From: Octopus vulgaris
Lineage: Eukaryota
Direction of reading: 5' to 3'
NCBI GenBank assembly: GCA_951406725.2
Contig: OX597826.1
Location: forward strand, 47,492,001-47,556,000
DNA length: 64,000 bases
Shown here in pieces: positions 26,901 to 40,979 of this stretch. Numbering within the stretch: position 1 is the first letter of the stretch; each line of letters opens with the position of its first letter. The position numbers and the translations under genes were made by a program. The notes under the pieces were generated by a model, which worked only from the letters and a program-made list of their open reading frames with translations, did no database searches and was not told the DNA's origin.

Positions 26901-28164
26901 ATATATATATTTATATATTAATGCGTAAGTGTGCTTGTGTGTAAACATACGCACACACATACACAGACAAACCGACACTTACACATAAACACACACCAAA
27001 CACAAACCAAGGAACGAAATAGTCAATTTCAGAAATAGTTGACAAATTTCCCTCAAATGGCTCTGCAAAGTCTTTCGTAACGGCACAATAAATAAAATAT
27101 TTGTAAGTATATTGTGCATGTAAAAAGAAAAAGACAAAATACGCAAGATTGTAACGTCTTTCATAATAGGTCTCATAAATAAGACTTAACCGGGGATTAA
27201 ACAAATAACATCAACAAGTCCATCACGTATGTTTGTACCTCTTTGCTTTCACGTCGTATGGTAGTTGTATCGAAGTAAATTGAGATACTAAAAGACTCTT
27301 AGACATTAACATATGGCACTGCTGTTATCAGGAGGCGAACCGCTCTTGCTTGTATTTGGTTGTTCAGCAACCTTACCCACTCATCTATATGGGTTTCTCG
27401 TGCTTTGCTAAGTCTATCTCATATTGAAGCTTGTTGGCCAACATAGTGACATCTAATATTTATCGTGTTTGTGAAAAAAAATCCCTTATCTTAGTGGAAT
27501 ATCTGATAAACATTTCAGAGAAATAGACTGGGAGCAAAAGATATTACGTTGTATTTTACGCTTTTTTTCTTTTTGTTTGTTTGACACAGGGTTTGGAAAT
27601 TCGGCCTTGATCTTTGTCAAGGGTCCATGAAGGCTTAAAAGTCATAGCTTTTGACTTCAAATGACGAAACAAACGATGGAAAAAAAAAATGTGTGTTTTT
27701 TTATTTTTTTATTTTACTTTTTCCAAAATAAAAAAATGATCTGCAAAAAGGACGAAAAGAAACGACATAAAAAAAAAATTGGGGGATTTATTGTGTAGAA
27801 ATATATATATATTAAAGGGGGGAAAAAGAAAAAAACTGATTTTCCTGATCACATTTACAGATATTTTAGATTTGCTGGGTCACATTGCCAGAATAGAAGG
27901 CAAATAAAAATGGAACACAAAATAAATAAATAGATAAATAAATAAATAAATAAATAAATAGACGTTTGTATGAATGAAACCAAAAGCAAACATCGGGTGA
28001 GTCTTTATCATCTTTATCTTACCATACAGGGGCCATGTAGAATTGTGACCCGTTCTGGAGTAATGATAACAAACCCCCAATATGTATTTGTGTTTGCGTG
28101 TGTGTACGTGTATGTGTGTATACATACATATGTGTATAATGTGTATATATACATATAGAGAGAT

Positions 28165-28256
<92 letters not shown>

Positions 28257-28494
28257 TATTGATGTATATATATATAGATATTGATGTATATGTATGTATA
28301 TGTATGTATATGTGTGTTTATGTGTGTTGTTTTTCTCGTGGGAATGTTGACCCCTGGATAAAGTTGATATCATTGGTAACAGATTAGGTGGCATGTCGGT
28401 GGGTGTATGATGGGCGGTGTGGGGGTTGAATCTATCACACCTGTGGGAGTTTATGTCTTGTGAAAATTTCTGTCACTGATCTTAAAAAACGGCG

Positions 28495-29460
28495 ATGCTG
28501 TGTTGCTGCTGCTGCTGCCGTTGCTGCTGCTGCTACTGTTAATGCTGCTGCTACTTTTGCTAACAACGACGACGATGACGATGATGATGATGATGACGAC
28601 GACGATGATGATGGTGATGGTGGTGATGGTGCTGGTGATGATGTCCGTATTAATGATGGAGTGGTAATGAAGATTATTGTTGTAGTAGTAGTAGTAGTAG
28701 TAGTAGTAGTAATAGTTGCAGAGATGATGGTGGCGGCTATGGTGATAGAACTGATAGATATGGTCGTCATTTTAATGATGGTTGTTGTGATGGTGATATA
28801 TTAGATGGTGGTGGTGGTGGTGGTGGTTGTGGTTGTGGTTGTAGTAGTACTATTAGTGGGCATGGTGATGGTGGTGGTGGTGGTGGTGGTGGTGGTGATG
28901 ATGCTGGTGTTGGTATTGTGGATGTTAATGGTGGTGGTATTAGTGGTTGTGATAGTGATGGTGGTTGTGGTAGTGATGATGGTATTGTTGTTCTTGTTGG
29001 TGGTGGTTGTAGTGGTGGTGGTGATGGTGTTGTGGTGGTGGTGGTGGTGGTGGTTGGAGGAGGGTTGTAGCAGTACTGATATCAAGAATGGTGAGGGCAG
29101 CTGCAGTAGTGGTGATAGTGGTGACTGCACTAGTCTTCACAGTGAGAACAGTGACGGTGATGGTGGTGGCGGTGGTGACGGTGGAGACGACGGCGACGGG
29201 GAAGATTGTGGTGGTGGTGGTGCCAGGGCTGGCAGTCGTTGTTTTTTGGCCGTGATGGTGGGAGGTAGGTAAGTAACGAAAACAACCTTGCATCAGTGTT
29301 GCAATTCATGGCATATGGAATGGAATGCATCTACAAATGTTTGTACATGACATTTTTTTCTTATCGACTTAGTGTCATACGTGTGACATAATCCACCACC
29401 ACCACCACCACCAGCACAACCACAACCACAACCACAGCCGCCACTACCATCACCACCACC
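28495..29460. repeat. Compound trinucleotide microsatellites (GCT, GAT, GTA, GGT, ACC)
   Basis: Direct runs; these are the source of the poly-A/D/V/T/H ORFs. Confidence 0.9.
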
Positions 29461-31340
29461 CTCTCTCTTTTCCTCGCCCTTGTTTCTTTACCTCCCTCCC
29501 AAACCCTCAGTAGATTCACTGCTGTACTTAGAATATGCAGCCCGTCTTTTGTAATCACAGAAAACGTGGCCTTATCAGAAGAACCAGATTTATAATGATT
29601 TTTTTAATGTAATTTGGTCCAAATTTAAATGTTAATTATCTCGGAGACTTTCATCCATTAGTTTACTCTAAATGTAATCAAATGTCTCAGAAAGAATATT
29701 TTCTTATCGAATACTCATATTTCACATTTCTCAGCAAGTGCTTGCAAATTTTAGTTTCATAATATTAGAAAACCGAAAATTGGGTTTTCGAATACGTTTC
29801 TTGAAAAGCCTAATTGATAGTGTCTGTTATTTTAATTTCAGGTGCAGTTGTAGCTGTGTAAATAAGAAGGCTGACTCGTCTCCAGGTGGACCTGATTGCG
29901 GACTAACTTCAAGGTGCAATGAATAATACGTTATTGTCTACTATAGGCTAAGGATGGTGATTAGTAGTGTACCGACGGATTTGATCGAAAAAATGCAAAA
30001 TCGAAAAACAAACGTACCATTCAAGGGTGATGAATTGGTGAAACTATAAGAATGTCGGATCAGACGATTTGCAATATTTCTTCCGGCTCTTTGCGTTCTG
30101 AGTTCAAATTCCGTCATAGCCTACTTAAGTGGTGGAGTAGATTTAAACCGTTATCCAGTTTAACTGGTACTTTGAGTGCTTCAGAGGGGCCCTTTCATGA
30201 AATATCAAACTAAATCCGGTCTCTGGTTTGAGGTTTCTATCATTCCACTCATCAAAAAGACCCGTAGGCATTATGAAGGATCATGGCCACTGCCTCTCTT
30301 TTCTGATTAAAAGGGATTTACCGAGAGCAATGACCCAGTACTTGAGTCCTACTTTATCAATCCCGGAAGTGACTTTAGCGATATATGTATTCAGAATTCA
30401 AAGATATATGTATTCAGAATTCAAGAGCAGAAACAGATTCTGCAAGGCTGTTGATATAATGAATTTTCAGGTAGTAAAATACTCAAATACATGATTTCCA
30501 GTAGTTACTCAGTTCTTTATTTTATCGAAACCGAAAGATTGAAAGGTAAGGTGTGAAACTACACTTTCTGCAATAATAATAAGGATAACATTATCTTAGT
30601 TACTTACCACAAAACCCCATACAGTGTGTCACAAAAGAGGGTGACAAAAAGTTTTGGAATGTATTTAGATTATTATACATACATACAAACATACATACGT
30701 ACATACATACATACATTTCTTTGTAAGATTAATGAAGTGTCCTCCACCTGAAAAAAAGGAAAATGTCACTTTGCCACTTTTCCTTTACGAGCAAGGATGC
30801 ACAAACTTTTGTAACATAATTTATCTATGTCATTTTTCCTCCGAAAGCTGGATTATACCCAACATTTTCCTCTGGCTTGTAATGTTAACATGTCCTTTCT
30901 TTTTGTTTCTTTTTTTTATTTTGTTCTCCATGTTTACGGTATCACGAAGTGTGCGTTAAAATTCCAGTGCCTGTGTTATCAAATCTACAGTTTGAAGAAT
31001 TCACATTTTCAGTGGTACTCCATTCCATGCTGGAAAATCGTTCCGATAGTCACGTAGCCTCCAGATAAAACGGGAGAAAGCGGTGGGATTTTCCCTATCG
31101 CTACACCTAAAGGAGTGCATATGCTGTATACACTTTCCGTTGGAGCTACTGTAGTATTTTGTAATACCATCTGATGATATGAGGGTGGCCCTATAGACCA
31201 CAACCCAGTCATGGAGGATCATTCCAGTCAGCTGTTGGTAGGATTTCAGCATTTACCGTTTGGATGTTGAATGAATGCTATCTGGATGTGTTTGTACCTA
31301 TTGCAGTGTACAATCTACACACTCACAGACACATATACAC

Positions 31341-31375
<35 letters not shown>

Positions 31376-31429
31376 CACACACACACAAATACATACTGTA
31401 TGTTGGAGGGCGCAAAGCAGCCGTGGTAT

Positions 31430-31811
31430 GGAAGCACTCCGTCGGTTACGACGACGAGGGTTCCGGTTGATCCGAATCAACGGAACAGCCTGCTCGTGAA
31501 ATTAACGTGTAAGTGGCTGAGCACTCCACAGACACGTGTACCCTTAACGTAGTTCTCGGGATATTCAGCGTGACACAGAGAGTGACAAGGCCGGCCCTTT
31601 GAAATACAGGTACAACAGAAACAGGAAGTAAGAGTGAGAGAAAGTTGTGGTGAAAGAGTACAGCAGGGATCACCACCACCCCCTGCCGGAGCCTCGTGGA
31701 GCTTTAGGTGTTTTCGCTCAATAAACACTCACAACGCCCGGTCTGGAAATCGAAACCGTGATCCTACGACCGCGAGTCCGCTGCCCTAACCACTGGGCCA
31801 TTGCGCCTCCA
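31430..31811 (-). mobile_element. SINE family A, full length with TSD
   Basis: 12-bp TSD cagccgtggtat at 31418-31429 and 31812-31823. Confidence 0.95.
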
Positions 31812-31966
31812 CAGCCGTGGTATAGATATCCACAGTATAATGCTTTGTAAGTATATTCATGAAGTCTTTCTACTCATATCTGCATACGTATATATGTATA
31901 TATATATATATATGAAAAAACAAGTCAAAAATAGAAAATGCTAAAATAATTTTATAGTGAACATTT

Positions 31967-32004
31967 CAGTACCGGTTTCGGTCATTTTGAGACCTTTTCA
32001 ACTG
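31967..32004 (-). ncRNA. Minimal PLE-type hammerhead, U3-A8 core variant
   Basis: cag-UUGAAAA-GGUC-ucaaaau-GACC-GAAA-CCGG-UA-cug, within the TA-flanked island 31913-32143. Confidence 0.7.
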
Positions 32005-32141
32005 TAACGATTAAATAATTAAATTTAGAAAAATTAGAAGAAAAGTTTTTTTAAAAGAATATTTCTATAGTAGTGTTCAGATTTAAGTGGCATTCTGCCT
32101 TTCTCTGACTCCCTTGTTTGCACTTGTGTGTCGGAGGTCGT

Positions 32142-32204
<63 letters not shown>

Positions 32205-32502
32205 AAGAAGAAAACGGTGAGTTAATGGTTGATATTTATTTATTAATAAATTGATAATCCTTTTTTCCTACAGCTGTTTCCATTTATACTCATTGAATAA
32301 ATTACAAATTTAAGCATTAAATTTGCATTTATAAGTTATGAGCAAAATATCACTAGGGAAAATTTAGACAAGAATAAATTACATGTCGACCTATTGATTT
32401 AGGGAAATTATATTTCCCAAAGACATAAACTATAGAACCAGTGGTTTCTTGTATGTAATCATCTCTTTAAGAGGTTAATATATCCTCTAATTAACTTACA
32501 TA

Positions 32503-32865
32503 TTAGGTTGAGTAAAAAGTAAGCAACATTTTGAACCATGAAGGATTTGTACCGAATTTTGAAAGGTTTTGAATTTTTTTAAAGCATTTTTTTGCTGTTG
32601 TCTCCCATCAGTCGTTATACATAGACTTGCCCAAACGCATCAATACTCTTTTACTTGTTTCAGTCATATGACTGCGGCCATGCTGGAGCACAAACTTTAG
32701 TCGAGCAAATTGCCCCCGGGACTTATTCTTTGTAAGCCCAGTACTTATTCTATCGGTCTCTTTTTGCCACACCGCTAAGTGACGGGGACGTAAACACACC
32801 GGCATCGGTTGTCAAGCAATGGTGGGGGGAAAAACACAGACACACAAACATATACACACACACAC

Positions 32866-32905
<40 letters not shown>

Positions 32906-34061
32906 CAGGCTTCTTTTCAGTTTCCGTCTACCAGATCCACTCACAAGGCATTGGTCGGCTCGAGGCTACAGCAGAAGACACTTGCCCAAGATGCCACGCA
33001 GTGGGACTGAACCCGGAACCATGTGGTTGGTAAGCAAGCTAAATTAAAATTGATTTTTTTTTTTCACCGTTGATGCAATCATCTGAAATGGAACTGTCAA
33101 AGCGCGATATTCGAGCAATTTTACTATTCAACTTTAAAACAAGATGTAAAGCAGCTGAAACTGCTCGCAATATCAACAAAACATTTGATGAGGAAATGAC
33201 CAGTGGTTTAAACGATTTTGCAGTGGAGCCCTGACACTTCAAGATCGTGAGCCTAGTGGACGCCTACTTGTCATCGGTGACAGTCAATTAAAGACCATCA
33301 TTAAGAAAGATCCACGTAAAACCACTCGAGAACTTGTAAAAGAACTTCAAGTTAGCTAGAAAAGTGCCTGCAACCATTTGCATGCGATCAGTAAATGAAA
33401 ATCAGAAAATGCTCAGATATGAAATTTGCTCGTCATTTCTCCGTAACTAAACAGATCCATTTCTCAACCGTATGGTAACATGCAATGAAAAGTGGATTCT
33501 GTACAATAATAAAAAACGTTCTTCACACCGGTGGGACCAAAATGAAGTGTACTGCTGGACTCATCCACTATAACTTCTTAAAACAGGAAAATTCATTACT
33601 ATAGAAACATGTTGCAATGAAATTGACAAAATGAACGAAAATCCGCAACCACTCCGTCCCAGACTTATCAAGAAAAGAGTGCCAATCATTCTTCATGACA
33701 ATGCTCGACCACACGTTTCACTAATGACTGTCCAGAAGTTGAGGGAACTTGGTTACAAAGTTCTTCCCCACTCGGCTTATTCCCCAGACCTTTCTCCAAC
33801 CGACTACCACTTTTTCAAACTCCTTGATGGTTACCTGTGAGAAGAGTTCAAAAATCAAACCGATGCTTAAAATGCGTTCAAAGAGTTCATCAGCTCCAGA
33901 ACTCCAGATTTTTATGCTACCGGAATAAACAAACTTGTAAGTTGTTGGCAAAAATGTGTTGATTGTAAAGGTACTTACTTTGATGAATAAAATTTCCGCA
34001 TTCTTACAATATGTTGTAATGAATTTCATGTTTCAAAACGTTGCTTACTTTTTAATCAGCT

Positions 34062-34064
<3 letters not shown>
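32503..34064 (+). mobile_element. Near full-length degenerate mariner (DD34D) interrupted by SINE B
   Basis: About 40-bp TIRs ttaggttgagtaaaaagtaagcaacattttgaaccatgaa / ttcatgtttcaaaacgttgcttactttttaatcagcttga, with TA flanks. MELSKRDIRAILLFNFK..AAETARNIN from 33088, VTCNEKWILY, and HDNARPH..YSPDLSPTD with 34-residue spacing. Many stops and frameshifts. Confidence 0.95.
32645..33041 (-). mobile_element. SINE family B nested in the mariner 5' UTR
   Basis: Reverse-complement match to family B. Confidence 0.92.
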
Positions 34065-34120
<56 letters not shown>

Positions 34121-34170
34121 TATATACATATGTGTGTGTGTGTGTGTGTGTATGCATGTATGTATACATG

Positions 34171-34228
<58 letters not shown>

Positions 34229-34242
34229 CTTCGACTGGAGAA

Positions 34243-34367
34243 ATGTATCCATGAAGATGATCAACTTGATACCCATGGATACTACGGATTGCACTGTATC
34301 CATCTCAGGAATGCGGACCTTGATCTTTAGAGACACGTAATTTGTGGAAACGCGCGTAACGATGCAT
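34243..34367 (+). ncRNA. Degenerate hammerhead-like motif with long helix II insert
   Basis: auguauc..AUGAAGA, about 90 nt, then GAAA-CGCGCG-UA-ac-gaugcau. The island follows (TA)n. Confidence 0.4.
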
Positions 34368-34562
34368 CAAGTATTTTTAAATTCCGTCCAAGTATTATTG
34401 TTATTACCATTATATTTATACTACATTATATCGGTACAACCCGACGCAACCCCGAAAGACTAGTTCAGCAGTCAACATCATAAGACTGTGGGCAACATGA
34501 TAGAATAGGAGTTTTATTTGCATATTCAACATATTCAAAATGTTCCCCATAAACAAATTTAA

Positions 34563-34629
<67 letters not shown>

Positions 34630-34635
<6 letters not shown>

Positions 34636-34759
34636 TTTATAGAAGGAGTTCTACAGGACTAGAACTGTTTCATTCAAAAGAAATCATCAGGAGCTTCCTG
34701 ATGATTTCTTTTGAATGAAACAGTTCTAGTCCTGTAGAAGCTCCTTCTATAAAATAAAT
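34630..34759. repeat. 130-bp DNA palindrome (inverted PLE-like terminal repeat)
   Basis: atttattttatagaaggag...tcatcagga|gct|tcctgatga...ctccttctataaaataaat, between TA tracts. Confidence 0.95.
34690..34744 (+). ncRNA. Type I hammerhead ribozyme, intact core
   Basis: Helix I ggagcuuc/gaagcucc (8 bp), CUGAUGA, helix II (u)uuc-uuuu-gaa(u), GAAA, helix III cag-uucuaguc-cug, then UA. Predicted cleavage after 34736. Confidence 0.8.
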
Positions 34760-34824
34760 TAATTTACTCTGCTATGTATTGAGTACCTTATTTACTGTGG
34801 TTAACCCCGACTCAACCCGGGACC

Positions 34825-34878
<54 letters not shown>

Positions 34879-34904
34879 TACATATATATATATATATGTG
34901 TGTG

Positions 34905-34948
<44 letters not shown>

Positions 34949-36189
34949 AGAGATTATACTGTTGAATGCATCCTTGCCTTTATTTTTTTTACTTAAGAGA
35001 GCATGGTGCTATTTTAAGAACGTCTGGAAGTTGGATATGTTCAGTCGCGGGGAAATAACAAAAGCTTAAGGTTGCCGTATTGAAATTAGATATTTGAATA
35101 CTGTTTTTTTTTTATTATTTTTGTTTTCTTTTTTTCGTCGTTCAGTACTTTGAGTTCAAATCTTGACTGAGGTCAAGTTTGTTTTCCATCCTTTCTGGAT
35201 CAATAAAATGAAACAACGAAACATGTAATAGTATAAATCCAATAGACTGTACAATATCCAACATACAAATACAACGACTTTGTACTGATGGGAGAAATTG
35301 CTGTTGTTAATGTAGTTGTCGTTGTTGTTGTAGTTGTTATTGTTGTTGTAATGAGATGGCTGACATCAAAACACTAAATAAACAAACTAATTAAAAACCT
35401 GAATAGCTTACAGCCTGGCTTTTGACAAATGTTGACCTCGTTTTTGTTAGGATTGCTTTCTGTTGTGTAGAATCCTTTGTTCGATCGGGAGGTTACGGGT
35501 GGAGCAGGAGACAGTGGGAGCGAAAATGAAACAGAGATAGATTGGGAATGAGAAAGGGAGAAGGAACAGAAATCGAGATTTCGAGAGAGGGCAATGGTGA
35601 GCAGTGAAGGGGTGAAATTAGGGAGAGACAGAAAAAGAGTGGGAGAGAATGAGAGGGATAGAGGGAGAGATAGTATGTGTATATATGTGTGTAATCATGT
35701 TCATATGTATATGAATGTTCGTAAGTATTTAAATAAGTATTTCTGCTTGTGTGTGAGCATATGTATTTGTGTGAATCTGTGTGTGTGTGCGTGCGTGTGT
35801 GTGTGTGAATATGCTTGTGTGCGAATACATGTATGTAAGTATTATGTGTGTATGTATATATGTATGTGTGCGAATGATCAATGATAAGTAAGCGAGTGTG
35901 CTTGTCAGCGTGAGCACATATATGCGATATAGCAAAGGCATAGAAGAATACAGAGCCATCTACGATAAAAAAAAAAGCGGAATCGTAGATCAAGATAAGA
36001 GAAATTGGCGGAAAGGAAAAGAGGGGGAAGGGAACAAAATAAAAGGGGAAGGAGAGTGGAAGAGAGAGAGATGGAAATATTGATTGAGAGGGAAACAACA
36101 GCAAAAACAGAGGTAGACTGTGGTATAATGATGTACTGGGCACGCAAAAAGACGGTATCAGAGATAATTGAGTTAAAGAAAGGGAAAGT

Positions 36190-36254
<65 letters not shown>

Positions 36255-36257
<3 letters not shown>

Positions 36258-36470
36258 TTTACAAAGAAAAAAACAAAAGACAAAGATGGGTGTCTAAACA
36301 ACAAACATGTTCTAGTTTAACGCTCGAGAAGTGAGAAAGTCTTTTATGTTTCGAGCCTATGCTCTTCGACAGAAAGGAACACAAAAATAAACAGGGAGAG
36401 AAAAAAAAGAGAAGAGGTATGGTAGCTAGCGATCTATCATGGCGAATGCCGGACAGAGGGGTCACACATG
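36255..36470 (-). mobile_element. Penelope-like terminal repeat, family P1 (motif at 36341-36376)
   Basis: cuuu-CUGUCGA-A-GAGC-AUAG-GCUC-GAAA-CA-UA-aaag. A partial direct repeat of the same end lies at 36855-36918. Confidence 0.65.
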
Positions 36471-36917
36471 AGATCTAGGAAGAAGGGGAGTTAATAAAGT
36501 AGTGGCGATCCCAAAACGAAAGCGTGCGTGCGTGTGGAAGGGGCCTGGTCACATTGACGTGTGCGTGTGTGCATGTGTAGGTTTGTGGATGATGGTGTAG
36601 GTGCTGGGACGTGGTCAGTGCTAATGTTTGCTGGGAGGGGAGACGTGAAGTGGTGTGGTATGGGGGTGGGGGGTTGTGGTTTGTGGTTTGGGGTTTGTGG
36701 TGGTGTGGTAGTGTGTGGTGTAGTGTGGTGGTGTTGGGGTGTGGGGAGGTGAGAGGGTGGGGAAAGTATGGGGTGGGGGTGTGATGGAATGTATAGGGGT
36801 GGTTATACACACATAAACACACACACATATATATATACACATATATATAATATATAGTTGAAGTTTACAGAAAAGTAAAAGACGAAGACAAGTGTATAAA
36901 CAACAAGCAGGTGTATT

Positions 36918-37052
36918 ATTCCGCTGAGGTCGACTTCGTTTTTCATCCTTTCAGGTTCGATGAATTAAGTACCAGTTACGTACTCGGGTCGGTCTAATAG
37001 ACTGCTCTCCTCCCCCAAAATTTCGGGCTTTGTGCTTAGGGTAGAAAAGAAT
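36918..37052 (+). mobile_element. SINE family C, 5' truncated, tail type 2
   Basis: attccgctgaggtcgacttcg...aagtaccagttacg...cccccaaaatttcgggctttgtgc. Confidence 0.8.
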
Positions 37053-38623
37053 GTGGAACCATCATTAATATTTGAACTACGATAATAGCCTATTATAGAG
37101 TGCGTTATATAACGGCTGAATATTCTGTATTAGTATAGTCTATACTAAGGATTTGAGAAGGAAACTGGGCATATATTTTCTGAGGAATGGTTAACAGGCA
37201 TTGAAACGGGCTATCAGGAGATTCCTCTTATTTTTCTGTGTATCAAAAGCAGAGGATGAATATTTTTAAAAAACTAGACTTTCTAATCAAATTTATCTCG
37301 CTCCTTTTGATTCAAGATGTACAGAATATAATACATATACTAGTCAGGAAAATACGGGTATATGGGTTTTAATATTCTTAATTAAGTGAAATGGAATAAT
37401 TAAATAATAAATAATTTGGGTCGATTTCGGATAGAAAATGTAGGGCAAAAAAATGAAAGAGAAAACCAGCATGCACTTAAGCAGAATGTCTAATTGAGAT
37501 CATATCTAATGGTTAATACAATGTCTGAGGACGATAAATAAAAATTTTGTATACTTAGGGGAAGGAGTTTCTCTTTTCTTTTTTTTTTTTTTTTTTCTTT
37601 TTTTTTTGTTTTGACATAAATGCCGGGTTGGGAGTTTCTCAGTTTCAAAAGCGCAAGAGTTTCGAATTTCCAGACTTCAGTAATCTGAAAGCAATACAAC
37701 AAATATGAGTTGACCAGTTTGATGGAAAACTATCTGATCATTTTCACATTCTCCAGAAACACTTTGAACACACAACACGTGTTTCCTTGTCGCCATAGTA
37801 AGTTTTAAATGTTTAAAATGGCCTGAATGTTTTCCTGAGTAGGTGATTTGTCCCCACAAAATGTCGGGGCTCTTTTTCAGTCCCCACAAAATTATGGAGC
37901 CCTTTTTCAACCTTTATGAAAAATTCTATCATAATGAATGTATCCTGAATGTGCATTGAATTGTAACTGAAGACTAAGAGTCTAGCGAAATTGTAGGAAA
38001 ACTTTAGGAGCAGAAACATCTTGCAAGTTTATGAGACTCATTAAAGAAGCATCCATTAAGGAAAGCAAAATGAATTTCAAATTGTACAAATTTACGTTAA
38101 ATAATTTTTTCGGTTCGAAGGATTTAAACAGTGTTTTATGTTGCTTCTTAACGAACTATTTGAAATATTTAAGACTTGTCCAACACAATGACTAAGAAGG
38201 TTATCAAACAGATGCAAACTCTGTTTCGTCTTTTCATTAATAAAGCATAGAGTGCACAAAATTTCCGTTGGTTGGGGAGCGCGAGAACGACAGTGCTGAT
38301 GCATTCTTTATTTCTGTGGGATTGGTGACGTTTTTCCGAAAACTAGAAAACTGGCGACCGAAGTAGGTTTGTTTACATTTCAATGACAGCACAAAAGAGA
38401 AACCGGTAGATGGACAAGAATGGGATCAATTTTATCAACTAAAAACACATCTAGGCAGTGGTCCTGCATGGCCACGGTCCAATAATGAGTGGTAAAAGTA
38501 CAAATGTAAAAGAACAAAAAATAATACATATGCATGCATTATATATATTTGTGTATACGTATACGTGTCTATATATGTATAGACGTATCTGTATATCTAT
38601 ACACGTATGCACAACAAATATAT

Positions 38624-38668
<45 letters not shown>

Positions 38669-38708
<40 letters not shown>

Positions 38709-38713
38709 CAGAC

Positions 38714-38792
<79 letters not shown>

Positions 38793-38796
38793 CAGA

Positions 38797-38828
<32 letters not shown>

Positions 38829-38830
38829 TA
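38669..38830. repeat. (GATA)n/(GACA)n microsatellite
   Basis: Direct tetranucleotide run. Confidence 0.95.
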
Positions 38831-38864
38831 CGTATCTGTATACGTATACACGTATGCATAACAA

Positions 38865-38896
<32 letters not shown>

Positions 38897-40927
38897 GTAT
38901 ATATATATAATCGTCAGCGCATTTACATATACACATAGCTTGGTAAAGGATAGTGGATAAATCTTTTGAAAGTTTATGTTTTGCGAAAGAAAGACCAAAT
39001 ACAAAAGAATATCAAATACAAAGCAAAAATAGAAATGAGTTTTTCTGTTGGTAAATAGTTTTTCATCAATACACGAAGAAAATCAGTTGATTTCTTCGTT
39101 GAACTATTGTTTCTTGACACAACTAATAATGTTGGCTGGTGGGATGAAAGTGGTATGCTGGTCTGGTCGATATTATTGTTATTTAGCCCCAGATTATCTT
39201 TAATTGAACTGGCCTACGATCAAAAGAATTCCAGCCGTTGCTATAACGTCTATATTTCTTGCATTGTATTTAGGAATAGATTATCAAATATGTCCTTCTA
39301 TTTTAAAGACACTGCAGTGTGATTTGAGAGAGACGGGGCTATTATTTCTTGAAGATTCAGCAACCATGTAGAAGCTTGTTTGTTGGCCCAAGTTTGAATG
39401 GCTGAGAATATGTATCGTATAAGGGTGTGATGAAGCTGTGAAGTGATAATTTAGCAATACCGTAGTGACGCTGGCATGGCCTAGTGGTTAAGAAGTTCCT
39501 GCCCGATCATGGCGTCCAGAGTTCGATTTCCTTGAGCAGCTACTTGGGTTCTTCATTACTTTTTACCTTAATCTTTTCTCCTATCACAAGAAGGCTACGC
39601 ATCAATATAGATAGTCTATAGGCAATTGGGTTGATACTATTATATATTGTAGGACTACAGTGTCCATTCCACACCATGGTATGGACACTGTATGTGGTGT
39701 GGTGTGGTATGGATGTTTTGATAGAATGGTAATTCATAGCTATGAGGGTGTGATGATATTGTATGGCATAGATATGATGGTGTTGAGGCGGTGTAATTCG
39801 TGTGGTTGTAGACAGAGGCTCCTATTAATATAACAAAACCAATAAGGAAGCTAAAAACGGATCCACTCAAACTAACCAAGTAGAGATGCCAATTACTGAG
39901 AGATCTTCTCGAAGTATAGTAGTTATACTAACTCATCAGTCAGTTTCTTAAATAAGCGTAGCGCACATATTGGCCAATGAGTGAGTATCTCCGTGGTTAT
40001 AAAAGTTATGTGACCAGTTCCTCTTCCATAGGAACAAATGCGTACAATTATAGTTTAGTGGAAAAATACCATATATGAACATAGTCAAAAGAGGACAACC
40101 CTCAAAAAGATAGGTATGGTCAGAATGTATATTTATGGTGAATAAATATCATCTAATAATTACACTCCTCACTCAGAATAACAAATATCCCCAAACAACA
40201 TAGAAACTTGACGAGCAGTAGAATCCCTTGTGCCTAAGATACCCAGTCGACGATATGTACCTAGGCTGAACAATATCTAACAGAGAACATTGACTTTTCA
40301 GGCAAATAGAATCATCATCTCGTAAAGAAAAAGTAGTTGAAGTTGATGCCAAACATTTCACCTCCTTGCTTATGAATTATGAGTATGAAAGACGTAGAGT
40401 ATTGAATTTTAGCATACGGATTTCTAACTTGCATACAATACAACAAATTTGAGGGTAGGTATAGTCGACCATATCAACATCAGTATTTCACTAGCATTTA
40501 GTTAACATTACACAGAAGTATAAAAGGATGTAAAGAAGACCTAGATTGGAGCTGAAATGCATATATTCGAATGTTAGTAAATGTCATACATGCATATAAA
40601 TACATGCATACATACATTCATAATACATATAATGCATGTATATATATATATATAACCTTACAGTCTCTTATGTGGTGGTTTAATAAAGTATGTGATTGAG
40701 TATTATCTGGTAATTGATATTTGATTTCGATGTATTTCTCCATTTTCTTATCTTGTATTAGTAATTTGAGGTAAATCATTTTACCTTTGACCATATAATA
40801 CAGTAAATGAATTAATTGCATCGCAATCATTAACATTTATGTATTAATTTTGTTGGGTACTTCACTAGCAGTATATTGGATATATGTTATCCCATGGAGG
40901 GTTGCATTTACAACCCCTATCTCAATT

Positions 40928-40979
<52 letters not shown>

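Noticed and set aside
28435-29330. Poly-A/D/V/T/H/G ORFs with a GTAAGT donor near 29270 and an acceptor-like tttcag near 29841
   Set aside because: Open frames arise from trinucleotide repeats on both strands. There is no recognisable protein, and splice motifs alone are insufficient without RNA-seq.
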